A stretch of DNA of 59,268 nt, the filler included, from Bipalium vagum (taxonomy: Eukaryota), in the NCBI GenBank assembly GCA_037834085.1. It is 3 parts of 3 records of this genome, joined end to end, with 100 filler letters (N's around TTAATTAATTAA, not from the genome) between each part and the next. Parts side by side here need not be neighbours in the genome. Positions count along the whole stretch, not along the records: positions 22,724 to 40,120 come from JBBMKC010068029.1; 2 more parts are not named here. The stretch is one strand, 5' to 3'. A program made the translations under genes and the position numbers. The first letter of the stretch is position 1. The number at the start of each line of letters is the position of its first letter. This document shows positions 26,363 to 38,109 of the stretch, piece by piece. Under the pieces are notes generated by a model. It had not been told where the DNA came from, searched no databases, and worked only from the letters and a program-made list of their open reading frames with translations.

Positions 26363-26669
26363 TTGGTTGTAATTAAAGTAATTAAAAGTAATTTTTATTA
26401 ACTCATTACATTTACTGATACTGTTTATTACTTTTCATTATTTTATTTTTGAGTTTTTATTTATGAGTTCAGTTTATTTTGGCCAATAACCCACCAAATT
26501 ATTTTTCAATAAAAGAAAAATATTTATTTGTGATTCGATTAAAATAAAAAACCAATATGAAAAAAAAAGATTTCCGGCTTTTTCCATTTGTTATTATTTA
26601 AAATTCTCAACGTTTATTAATTTTCCATTTGAAAAGATTTTAAGTATTTTAATTAATTAACAAAATGAT

Positions 26670-27213
26670 AATGTTCAAAGCAAATGATTACAGAAAGGTC
26701 TCATGCAAAATAAGCACTTTTATCGCAGGAGGTAACATGCGTCAACCCATACTTCTTGAAATTACCGAGTGGGTGCTAGCATGCTGGAATGATTTCGAAT
26801 ATCATTCTGAAGGGATTCTTATAATGTGGAATTTCAAATAAATAAGACGGCACTGGGGATTTTTATTTTAACAAAGAAGTATCGGAAGAAAGATTTTCAG
26901 AAGATGATGATGGTGGAGTAGACTATTATGATGGAGAGTATGGTTTTAGAGTACTTCTTTTTAACTGTTCTGAAGAATCGAAGATTTCTCACTGATTTGT
27001 AAATGTCTGTACTGTCATAAAATATGTTGTTTGTTTGTAAAAATAATTAAAATCTCACGCACTTAATGCATAATAATACGCACTTATGTAGCATCATTAT
27101 TTTTCCAAAATTTGACTGTGTATTATATGCGAATATTTAATTTTCCTCAATTTTCAGGCCTAACTGTAGCCGCGTATCATACACAGGTGCGTATTATACG
27201 TGAGATTTTACGG
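26670..27213 (+). mobile_element. pogo-like transposon 3' part with TIR
   Basis: AGGNMRQP..LEITEWVLACWND..I.KGF..CGISN..DG is a pogo/DDE_1 C-terminus, followed by an acidic tail. It ends gcgtattatacgtgagattttacgg-ta (reverse complement CCGTAAAAT..CGTATA) with subterminal gcgtattata-like repeats. Confidence 0.7.
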
Positions 27214-27448
27214 TATATTAGTAATAACTCAAAATATCTGCAACCACAACGTACTGTATTAGTGCCTGTATATTAAACATTTTTTTATTGTTACTGTGAG
27301 GATTTTTAGTTAGTTTTGATTTTAAAAGTTTTATTATTTAAACAAAACTACTAATATTTAAATAATAGCTTTGTTTAAATAGTTTTATTATAGATAAATA
27401 CATATTTTTGAAAATGGATGTTGAAAATTTTTCTAATGATATCAATGT

Positions 27449-27717
27449 AACTAACATGGCAACCACACCAGGACACCAACTAGCGATCGAGGTCTCGAAA
27501 GTCGAATAAGCAAAAGGAAAGGAAATTGAAATTAGAGACTCGGGGCGGTAAAGGGTATGGATGGGATCTTTAAAGGAGGGGGATTTGAGATAATTTGAAA
27601 ATATTCAGGGGATATAGCTCAGCGGTCAGAGCAGCCCATGCGCATGTGAAGGGTCCCGGGTTTGAATCCCGGTATCTCTGATTAATTTTCAACTAACATG
27701 GCGACCACACCAGGACA
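27449..27717 (+). mobile_element. Miniature LTR retroelement (TRIM) unit with a tRNA-derived LTR, tandem/permuted: LTR end-PBS-internal-PPT-LTR-PBS
   Basis: 27-bp direct repeat aactaacatggc(a/g)accacaccaggaca at 27449-27475 and 27691-27717. Each copy is ...AACA plus an 18-nt TGG-initial PBS. PPT aaaggaggggga at 27572-27583. The TG..CA segment 27586-27698 contains the tRNA-like sequence. Confidence 0.7.
27608..27680 (+). pseudogene. tRNA-Ala(CGC)-derived sequence (pseudo-tRNA / Pol III promoter module)
   Basis: GGGGATA acceptor stem pairs with TATCTCT; D stem GCTC/GAGC; T stem CCGGG/CCCGG. A box TAGCTCAGCGG is intact and B box GGTTTGAATCC has one C>T change. The loop TGCGCAT resembles Ala TTCGCAT, but the anticodon stem does not pair. 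Confidence 0.8.
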
Positions 27718-28424
27718 GAAGCAAAATTTGATATTTTTGATTTTTAAATTATTGTTTTAAAATTTATTTAGAAAACATTTTAAAAAGGAAAAGTATTAAG
27801 AAACCATTAAAATTTTAGACTGATAAATTTCTTTCAAAATTTTATTTCCCAAATCAATAAGTACAAAATTTCATTTTTTTCTTTTACTAATTTTTACGTG
27901 CTGTAAAAATATTTTATTATATTATTTTTTTAAAATTAAATCAACATTTAATATATTTTCACAAAAGATCAAGGATGTAATTAGCACAATGTGAAAAGAT
28001 TCAAGTTTCCTCATAATAATTAATAAATTTATCTTAAATTTGCCGTCTTAAAGGAAAAATGTCTATTTATTTTCCTGATTCATTTGAAAATATAATATAA
28101 TTAAATTTTTTTTTCCAAGCAAAATTATCCCATATAAGTTAAAAAGAATTGCAATTTAGATATTTTGATCCTGTAGAAGTACAATAGCTTAATGGACTAT
28201 AAAAATACAGTAAAAAAACTTTCCCCTTTTAACTGCCAGATCCAACATTCATCAAATTTTAATTAGAAATATGTTTTATTTATAAATAAAATAAAATCAA
28301 GCTTGATTACTGTCATCTTATTTGTAATCAACCTTAGATAGCAACATAAAAATTACTAGCAAATATTTAATGATTTATTTTAATTAATTCGATATAATTT
28401 TCGATTTTGATTCTAAATAAATGT

Positions 28425-31400
28425 ATGATGAATGTTGTGGAAGCTAATGTTAACAGGAAGTTGTCGACCAGCTCCAACAGCCTTATTCATGTGGAGAAGC
28501 CTCTCTTTAACCTTGACTGCAACTCCACCACTTCAGATAGCTTTCACAATTTGAATTACGAAAAGAAATCGAATTTTGTTCCTGAAGTATCATTGACCTC
28601 GTCCAGTACTCAATCCTTTCAAACAAATGTCACCAATGGCTCCTTATTTCCAAGTATTAAGAGTTTGGATCAAAGTCAAAATTATACTAATTTTTCCAAT
28701 CTCATGAACGCCAAAAGTGAAAGTTATGAACACGATCAAAATCTCAACGAAGAGCTCAGTATTCCTATGACACCAGTTAAAGAGGAATCTGTGAATATAA
28801 TTAAACCTTTGTCTTTAAATTACACATATGTTACTGAAACCAATCCACCGCAAATAAACGACTGTCCTGTTATTTTTCGTCGAATGTCTTTCGAAAACTC
28901 CTCTCCTCAAAAGAGGCCAAAATCACCGAGCAGAAAAAGTCTTTTCTTAACGCAATTTCTTTGCGACCAAAAAAAGCTAATTCAGTCCGAGTTTATAACT
29001 GATTTCATATTAAATCCGTCCTACAATGAGCACTTTAATAGTATTTTGAAACCCATTTCATGCAAGTCCGTTCAAACATTACCAGTACTTATTTTACCAA
29101 ACTCATCAGAAGACAAAAGAATCGAGACAGAGGTTTGTCGTTGTAATAATAAATAATAAAGTCAACTAATTAAATTAAATTTTGTCTGTTAAATAATATC
29201 TTGTTAACAAATAATTTTAAAAAAGAAGTCTGGTCGATTTTGTTTAAATAATAATATTTTTTGTCAAAATTTATGTTAATATTTCGACAAAATTATTATT
29301 ATAAACATTGCCATTATATTATTTTCTTATTATAATAATTACTCTCATTTTTTCCATTCCGTGGAAAATCCCAGCAAATATTTTTTTTATAAAAATTATA
29401 TATTCGTTATATTTTGTTTTATAGCATGCATATGTAGTATACTAGCAAGTAAAAGACTGATAAACAATATATTAAATAAAACTACAGAAAATTATCTGAT
29501 TCCATTGGTACTTCTTTCTAAACTCAATCTTTAGATACTGTAAGTTAATAGAGGCCAATTTATTGGAATTTGTTTTAATGTGTTACTAGGTGATGAAACC
29601 ATCATCTGGAATAACGATTTATAAATCAAGTTAATATTAGGTTGAACGTAAAGTTCTTGCCAAATTCTAAACAAAAATAAAAACCAAAAAATTTTTAACA
29701 AAGACATTTATTTAATCCAAAATATAGTTTCCATTATTTTCAACAACTTGTCTCCATATATCTGGTAAACCATCGATACCTCTAGCAAAAAAATCTTCGG
29801 ATTTGGACTCGAAGAAAGTCACAAGAGCCGATTTAACATCACTCGAATCAACGAATGATCTCTGGTCCAGATAATTTTGCAAGGTACGAAAAAAATAGAA
29901 CTCCGAAGGAGCAATGTCAGGCAAATATGAAGAATTTGATTAAGAATTTCCCAACCCAGTTCATGTACCTTCCGATGGGTTTTGATTGCAACGTGGCCTT
30001 GCATTGTCATGGTGTAGAATAACACCCTTTCGATTGGCTAAATTCGGACATTTATTTCGTATTTCCTATGATAATCGTGCCAATTGTTCACACTATAGAT
30101 TGGCTGTAATTGTTTCACCAGGAGGTAACAACAATTCGAAATGTACAATTCCCTTGCGATTCCACCAAATCGAAATCACGGTCTTTTTTCCATGGATATT
30201 CGGTTTTGATGTGGTAGGAACTGGTTCACCTGGTAAGACATAGGCTCTTTTACGCGTGACATTACTGTAACGAATCCATTTTTCGTGTCCGGTTATCAAT
30301 CTGTCAAAAAATGGATCATTTTCATATCGTAAAAGGAGAGACGAACATGCAAAAACACGATCCATTTTGTTTTTTTCTGTGAGATCATGTGGTACTCATT
30401 TAGACCATTTTTGAATAAATCCTAGTTTATGAATATTGATTATAATAGCTGTTTGTGAAACCTGGAGTCTCTTCATTAATTCCCTTGTAGTAGAAAATGG
30501 GTCTGCTTTTAATTCAGACTTCAAGATGACGTCATTAACAACAGAAGGGCTGTCTGAACGTGGTTTATCTTCCAAGCTGAAATTTTCATTTTTGGAATTT
30601 TTGAAACCGGAACCGAACTATTTTATCTGTTACAGTTTCCTTTCCGAATACCTCTTGCAAATTTCTGGTTGCCTCAGTCTCACTGTTCTTCTTTTGAAAT
30701 TCGTACAAGATACAGTGTCTTATATGTTTTTTGTCAAAATTCATTTTAGCGCTAAGAAAATAGAAAGTAAATTCAGATAAGCAAATTATTCCTTTATTAA
30801 TATAATTTATTACTTTAATATAAGTTTATTGTATTGCATCAAGAAATTTTTTTTGAGTTATAACATAATATTAAAAATTGGCAAGAACTTTACGTTCAAT
30901 CTAATACAATAAACGAAAGACGCCCAAAATATGCACATGGCGAAGGCATTGTCAACAAACACAATAATCTAGCCGTACATCATTAGACACTCGTAACAAA
31001 TTGACCAATATTTTGTGAAATCGTTTGACTCGTCCTCCGTACTCACAGAACATTGCTGCTATTTTTTATCATTCGTTTCGTTGACTAGAGAATTTCTTGA
31101 ACTAGGAAGCCATTAAAACCCAGATTGACTCATTTTTCCTGTGAAAGGTGACAGCTGTCATTCATATTATTAGTTTAGATATATTCCAATTTGTTAATTA
31201 GTTCTGTTAACAAGTTGATGAACTTATTTTTTCATCAATTATTAAGTTTCATTTAATAAGAATAAATATAACTTGTAAAATGAGCTGATTTATTTAATCA
31301 CTATAAAGGTTAAAACAAGACAAGAATAAATACGGGGTGTGCCAGCAAAATCCGGAAAAAAAACAACTGTAAAAAAACTTAGATATATTAAATAATATCA

Positions 31401-34112
31401 TAATTATTTAAGCAAAAGTTATATTTTTGGATTAAAAATATGTTCCGTGCTTCTATTGCTCGGTAACAAGTTTCACCGAACAACTCTTTTAGTTTTCGTA
31501 GCCTCAGACAGCATTTGTCGTATTTTTAGAAAGTATGAAGTATATCTTAGGTCTTCTTCAGCTATCCGACGCATTGTTGTTATACTTATCTTCAAAGTTG
31601 CTGCCAAACCTCGAAGCGATGTCTTCGGATCTTCCATTATTAACTGCTTAGCTCTTTGAAGAACTTCCGAGGTCCTTATTTTCCTTTCTTTATAATATAT
31701 TTTTCTTTTAGGTGTACTAGAGGTTCCTGCAGATATTTCCAATCTCCGATATATTTGTGCGACATCGTACACTGTCGATCGTAAGTATCCAAAGAAATTA
31801 ATTATTTCAGCCGGCGTTCTTCCAGCGCCAAGACTTTCGAGAATCACGATTCTTCGATAATATTTCAAGCCTGATTTTTGTAAACTTGCCCTTTTGAAAA
31901 TTGTGCGCAATTTACAGACAAATATATCATGTTAAAACAAATGTTAACTCTTATAATTAAAATCAAGCATAAATATAAATTTCAATTACGCTTTGTCAGG
32001 ATTTTGCTGGCACACTCTGTATTATGTCCAGTCATTTCAGTTTTATAAAAAGAAAAGTTTACGAAAAGGTATTTTTATCGACAATTTTAGAAATCAATTT
32101 CATCAAATAACTCTTCTTTATAGTTTATTTAAATTTAATAAACTTCCCGAATGAAAATAACCAGGTATGCAACCCAATAAAGATCTCTACATTGATGGGA
32201 ACAGTTCATAGGCATGGGTTGGTTTAATATCTGGTCTATATGGAAGGAGAGGTAAGAACTTCGATGGAAACTTTATGATTTTCTGGTTGTTGATTCCATG
32301 AAGAATGTATGACTTCATTTCTCTTTGACAAGTTGGGGTTTTTCTTCAATTTTATCTTTTAATCTTTTTAATTACTGCAAATAAAAGTTAAAATTTATTA
32401 TCTCACAATGGTTCAGGAACTCGAGATGAATAATACCTCTGGTTGACCATCTATTATATACAAGTATGCTTTAAAATTATATTACAGTTTTCGTAAATAT
32501 AGGTGATTTTCCAGATGAAAGTCACACTTAATTTCACACTTAGATTATTGTTTATCTTCTATTTCTCATCATTAGAATTTACAGTCCATAATGTTTTGTT
32601 ATAATGTCCTGAAATAAACATTTTGAATGTTCATCACAGCAGATGGTTTTCACACTGAGTGAGTTTGAGGTTCTTATAATATAGACCAGATTTTATTTTA
32701 CGTCAGTTTTGAACTATCACATTTAAGACCGTTTTCTGGTTGAATATTTGTAAAGGTATAATCATCCATTTCATTTCTTGTTATCCGTAATGGATTTTTG
32801 ACTTTTATTAACAGCTTTGGTTGCTTATAACAATTTTGAAACGATTTTTCATAAACCCTTCAGTAACAGAAAATTTAGTAATTTTGCTCATTGAATGACT
32901 TATTTCCCATATTTATTTATAAGCATATCCAGTATATTTTTTTCATTAATTTTATTTGTATTTATTATTATTACCTAATATTATTATATTGATGTTATAA
33001 CTTGTTATATACTAAATATATTTTTAACGATGAAGTGCTCACATAACATACAATGCCTAAACCCGAAGCAAAACCTTTGATCTATTTTTGTGATCCTTAA
33101 GGGCAATCTATATAATTACAATGATCATAAAGAGCAATCAGGTTACTTTACAATATTTAATTATTTATTAATTTTAATTTGCCAAAAATTGAAATAAAAT
33201 TTTAATTAACCAATCCCAATTCAATTAAAATTGTAATATCTTAAAATAAAATTGAAAACTATATTATTTTAGATCGTTTTTAATGTCAGACAGCAAATTT
33301 CAAAGAATCATGTAAACAGTAAGAAGCTTTTCATTGAAGTTAATAATAAAGAAACTCAAGCACCAACAAGAATGGAGCCAAGAGCTAGAACAATTTCAGA
33401 AATTAATTCATATTCCAGGACAAAAGAAAGTACTGGGTTATCTGAAAGAAGATCTAACAAAGGTGACACTAAAAGCTTACAAAGAGGATTTTGGGGCGAT
33501 GTTTATAATGATTATAAAAAAATTTCAGTGTTTAGCAAGAGGAGAGAGGACTTGAAATTATCCACATCACAGAAACTATTAAGTAATCGAATAAATAAAA
33601 CTAATTCTAAAAAGAATTTTGACTTGATATTCAATACTGATGAGGAAATAAAGCCATATGTAAAAATACCAGCGAGCAAAACCTTAACACATGTACCAAG
33701 TGGAACCGTAGACCCTCCGAAAATATGTTTGAATCAAAAAACTTCAGACGAAGAAGATATGATTTCTGAAATTTTAAATTTCCATAAATTTTTTGAAGTT
33801 GAACCTTTTGACGATATTGTTAAGTCGTACTTAACGGTAAGCGATAGACGTGTTCGAGCTATTTGTAGCAGGATGAAATGCAGAATTCGGTTATATGGAC
33901 CCCAGTCTCGAATACAGCCGGAACCAAAATCCCAGCCTCAGTCAGTTCCACGTGAAAAGTCAGCATATTATATTATTATTAGCACTAACGCTAAAGAGGA
34001 TCTGGATAAATGTTTAAAATGTATTCAGGAAACATTTCCAAAGGCATTTTTAAATGAAAAGTCCAATTTTCAGCATACCTTTGAAATATGTGGAGATGAA
34101 ATACCTTTGTAA
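28425..34112 (+). CDS. Uncharacterised ~515-aa protein: S/N/T-rich low-complexity N-terminus and C-terminal degenerate KH-like domain; 2 exons
   Basis: Exon 1 28425-29132 (GAG|gtttgt) joins in frame to exon 2 33273-34112 (ttttag|ATC), linking the two longest non-transposon ORFs. AATAAA at ~34125. The C-terminal DIVKSYLTVSDRRVRAICSRMKCRIRLYG...YYIIISTNAKEDLDKCLKCIQETF has type-I KH periodicity. Confidence 0.75.
29637..30904 (-). mobile_element. Full-length, inactivated mariner (DD34D) in intron 1 of the KH-like gene
   Basis: Near-perfect ~27-bp TIRs ttaggttgaacgtaaagttcttgccaa with TA on both sides; 1268 bp. Transposase runs from ATG ~30744 to 29712, with *VPHDL, LITGHEKWIRY, HDNAR and YLPDIAPSEF broken by frameshifts. 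Confidence 0.95.
30910..31130 (+). mobile_element. Older mariner fragment
   Basis: RPPYSQNIAA..YH.FR*LENFL at ~31032-31099 (decayed HPPYSPDLAPSDYHLFRSL). Confidence 0.45.
31333..32019 (-). mobile_element. Internally deleted Tc1/mariner-superfamily element (maT-like) keeping only the HTH region
   Basis: TIRs cggggtgtgccagcaaaatccggaaaaa and reverse complement cagagtgtgccagcaaaatcctgacaaa, with TA flanks; 687 bp. ORF 31473-31910 has AGRTPAEIINFFGYLRSTVYDV...DPKTSLRGLAATLKISITTMRRIAEEDL and no catalytic domain. Confidence 0.88.
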
Positions 34113-35049
34113 ATTTAGTTTAAAATAAACTTTAATTTAACTTGTCAAAATATTTTATAAAATTTAAATAAAAGTAAATATTTCTGGAAAATATTAAATA
34201 AAATTAATTTGCTTCTAAGTATCAACTTCTGAAAAACTATCAGAAATTTCTCATACTTTCATTCATAAAAATATAAATTTAATATTAAAATAATTACCAT
34301 GATTTTTTTCTATTAAATATTAGTTAATTTGAAGACTAAATAAATATAACAGTCAAAATTAGTATTTCATAAGGATCCGCCATTATTTTCTAGAATACAT
34401 CAAAATATTTATCTCAATTTGGTCAGATTCATGAACAAGAAATAAATCCATTCTAACTAATTTGAGAAAAGATATCAAGGAATTGATTTTGTCTTATAAA
34501 AGAAAAATGTTATTTGAATTAAATGTTTTATAAAAATATTAATTATGATACAATAATATATATATATATATAAACATAAAAACAAAGAAAATCCAGATTA
34601 TAAAGAATTTTTTATATTTATGACAATAAACCGAAATACGAAAAACATAAAAATAAAATATGGACAATAGCTGACGAATAATTTTGGGAAATTTTATTCT
34701 TTAGCAATAATAATAATAAAATAATAGAAATACAAAATGAAGAAAATAACATTTTTGAAGAATTCAACAAATTAAAAGTATACACTTAAAAAATAGAGGA
34801 TTCATTATAAAATGGATTTATTAGAATCAATTCAAGACAAATCAAATATGGAAATGGGAATTTAAAGTAACAGTTAGTTTTAAACCCGATAAATTTTAAA
34901 ATGTTAATCAGCAGAATTTTGAATGGGATCTAATGATGTATTATATACAGTTAATGAATACGTTGGTAAATTTTATTCTAGAAAAAAATTTACTGTAGAA
35001 AAAATAGTAAAATTAAATTTAGAATTAATTACAGAAGACTAAAAATAAG

Positions 35050-37790
35050 GTTTTCTGAACGTTTTCTGAAATGTTGCGTTTAAGGCAAACTCGATTTCTG
35101 GTAATAGATTTTCCCAATCATTGTTTCTTCTCTCAGCCATAGTAGTATTCATGTAGTCACGATTGTTCGGAATTGCCATTCTATTATCCAGTTGGTGATA
35201 TGATGATACGGACTGGATAAACAGATTTTTGAGTTACTCTGTTTGATTAGTATCTTAAAAACCCTAGATTCAAAGACGTTCCCATAGTCTGCATGAATTT
35301 CCTTTGGTGCACCATATTTATAGATCCATTTTTTCATTATTAATCTTCGAATTGTTTCCTCATTCTGTTTCATTATTAACGTTAATGAAATGTACCTGTT
35401 ATACTGATCTATAATAGTTATTATATATCGTTTCCTTCGAAAATTTTCTTTTAACGAACCGCATATGTTTATACCATATGTATATATCTTTTCAAATGGC
35501 TCATCTGCTGATAATTTCATTGTATCTGCTTTCGTTTTTGTAGTGACTACTTTATGCTTCTGACAGATTTCGCATTGTTTGATAACTTCTGTTGCTTTCT
35601 CTATCAGGTCTCTGTGTATCTCTTCCACTAAGATTCGGCTCTTGATTTTTGAAATATATATCTTTCCTTCGACCGTTTTAACCAGACCATCTTCCAAGCA
35701 GCAATAAGATGTAATTCTCTTTTCAATATCTTCTTTAATCCTATTGATTTTATTTTCATCCTTCTGCCATTTACATTGTGTCTCTTCGTTTACTGTATTT
35801 ATTGTTCTGGTCTTTCTTTTTTCTGTCTTTGGCTCTTCATGAACCATCATACACTGAAAGCACGTACAACACATTTTTCTCGACAACATGTCTGCTTTCG
35901 TGTGCTCAATTCCTTTTCTGTATTTAGGCTCTTTATCAAGACTATTGAGATAATTCATCCACGTCTGAAATTATATTGTTATTGGTTTTTTTGTCTTAAA
36001 CATGAATTCTATTGCTTTGTGATCTGTTCTCACTAGAAATTTTTTCCCATACAACTAATGCTAAAAGTGGTTACAGAAGTAATAGATTTCTAATAGCTTT
36101 TTTCTTGTGATGCAGTGTCCTTTTTCATGACTGTTCATTGCATGTGATCCGTACGCGATCACTCTCTTTTCCATTATAGTCTGTCTGTGATCATACTATT
36201 CCAATCGCTTCAAAACTGGCATCATTGTCTAATATAAACGTTCTTTTAATGTATGGAAAGGCTAAAACTGGGGTCTTTGTTGGCGACTTTTTCAAATCTT
36301 GGAAGGCTATATTGCATGCTTCGGTCCATATTAATTTCCCATTTTCTCCCCACACAATTGTTCTAACACTCTTGATTTTTTTGCATATCCATTAATAAAC
36401 TTTCGATAATAATTACAAATGCCCAGAAAGATTCTTACATTTTTTACGCATTTTGGCCTCTCGAAGGTTTTGATTGCCTCAGTTTTTGCTGGGTCTGTCT
36501 TGATTTCTTGTTTGTCAATAATATTTCCAAGAAATTTGACTTCTGTTCTTAGTAGATTGCATTTCTCTGTATTTACTCGCAGTCCTGCTTCTTTTATCCT
36601 CTTAAGTACTTCATTTAATGCGGCGAAATGATGTTCTATATCTTCTGTGTATCACGATATCATCTAAATAAACCATCTTATTTTTAAATTTCATAAAAAC
36701 GTCGTCATCATCTCTTGAAGAGTTCCTGAAGCAGCGGCAATACCAAAAGACATTCTTGTGAAACAAAGTTTTCCTTCTTTTGTTGAAAAAGCTGTTTTTT
36801 CCTGTGAATCCGTCGTCAATTAAACCTGGTAATATGAATTACCCAAGTCAATTGTGCTAAAATATATCGCTCCTTCCAATCTAGCCAGTAGATCCTTTAT
36901 GTTTGGAATCGAAAAAACGTAACTTTCAATCACCTGTTTCCGCTTTCTAAAGTCCAGACATCATCTGACATCTTTTCTTACCTTTTTCCATACGGAAATT
37001 AGTGGCGGGTTTCATGGCGAATTGCATCTTCTTATTATTCTGTCCTAAAATATTATCTTTATTGCTTCTTTGATTCTTTTTTCTATCTGCACGGTTTCGT
37101 GTTAATTGGTTCACCAGTGGTTTTTATATGGTGCTTCATCATTTTTGTACATCCAATATCCCACTGATCTTTATTTTTTCTATCACTTCCAAGAGTTTCT
37201 TCTCTTCGGCGATGACTAATAATATCTACTTTGATCTCAGCATGCACTCTTCATCTTTAACAACTCTTCTAAACTTGGCCTCAATGTTGCATACATATGA
37301 GACCTCATTTCAATCAAAAACTTCATTAATTTAAATCCGAACTTTGTACAAAATTTTGTTCTTCCAAACAGCTCTCGTGAAACCTGCTATAAAATTTTGA
37401 ACAACATTAACTCAGCTCTATCTCCAATATAAACATCAACTGTTATTCTTCAAACAACATTCATAGCACTATTATTCGAAGTCTTCATGGTCTTCATGCA
37501 TCTTTTTATTTCTACATTGCCTAATTTTAGAAATTTATTCCGACTGTTTATATTTATGCTAGCTCCGGTATTCAGTAAAAAATTCAACTTTTTTTTATAA
37601 AACTCTTTTCTGTCATCTTAATTGGTAATTTTTGACTTACATCAACTTACAACATTATTTTCTTCTTTACTACCATCAATACTTTTTATTGCTTTTGAAT
37701 TGTCTTTGGCTTTGATTTGGTTGTTCGCCAGTCATCGGCTTGTTTCATTGACATTGTTATTTTTCGCCATTCATCAGGAAGAGAGAGGTA
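35050..37790 (-). mobile_element. Degenerate Ty3/Gypsy LTR retrotransposon pol (protease tail-RT-RNase H-integrase)
   Basis: RT: CLDFRK, TIDLGNSYYQV, KTAFSTKEG..FTRMSFGIAAA, VYLDDIV (~36673-36653). RNase H: LDNDASFEAIG. Integrase ORF 35149-35958 has C..C, IID, IHADYG.VFES and SSPYHH. Domain order is RT-RH-IN. Confidence 0.9.
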
Positions 37791-38109
37791 CGCTTAAACA
37801 GTAAAAAATTAACTCTCTTTCGCCATTCTTTGGCATAGGAAACTTATCCAGCATACCAAATAAACAGACAAAATCCAAAAAGAACCACAGCATAAAATAT
37901 CTTATCTGAGTCTAGAAAGTGCAATTCAAAAAGTGCAATTTAAAGTTAGAAATATTAATGAAAATATTAATTAGAATTTGTACTTTCTCATCCAGATTTA
38001 ATTTGAATTTTTACAATTATTTACAATTTACCATTTTTACAACCAAAAAAAAATAATTAAACACCAACAAATTTACCAAAATCACATATATATATTTACA
38101 AATTAATAT

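Noticed and set aside
27608-27680. Functional tRNA-Ala gene
   Set aside because: The anticodon stem is unpaired, the loop lacks U33, the T-loop is TTTG, and it is embedded in a PBS/PPT/LTR context.
27449-27717. CRISPR-like repeat-spacer-repeat
   Set aside because: Only two repeats, 215 bp apart, in eukaryotic DNA with no cas genes; better explained as LTR end plus PBS.
32030-32940. Possible piggyBac relic on the minus strand (TGY..., HLP-like tail)
   Set aside because: Motifs are too degraded and no TTAA-flanked TIRs were identified.
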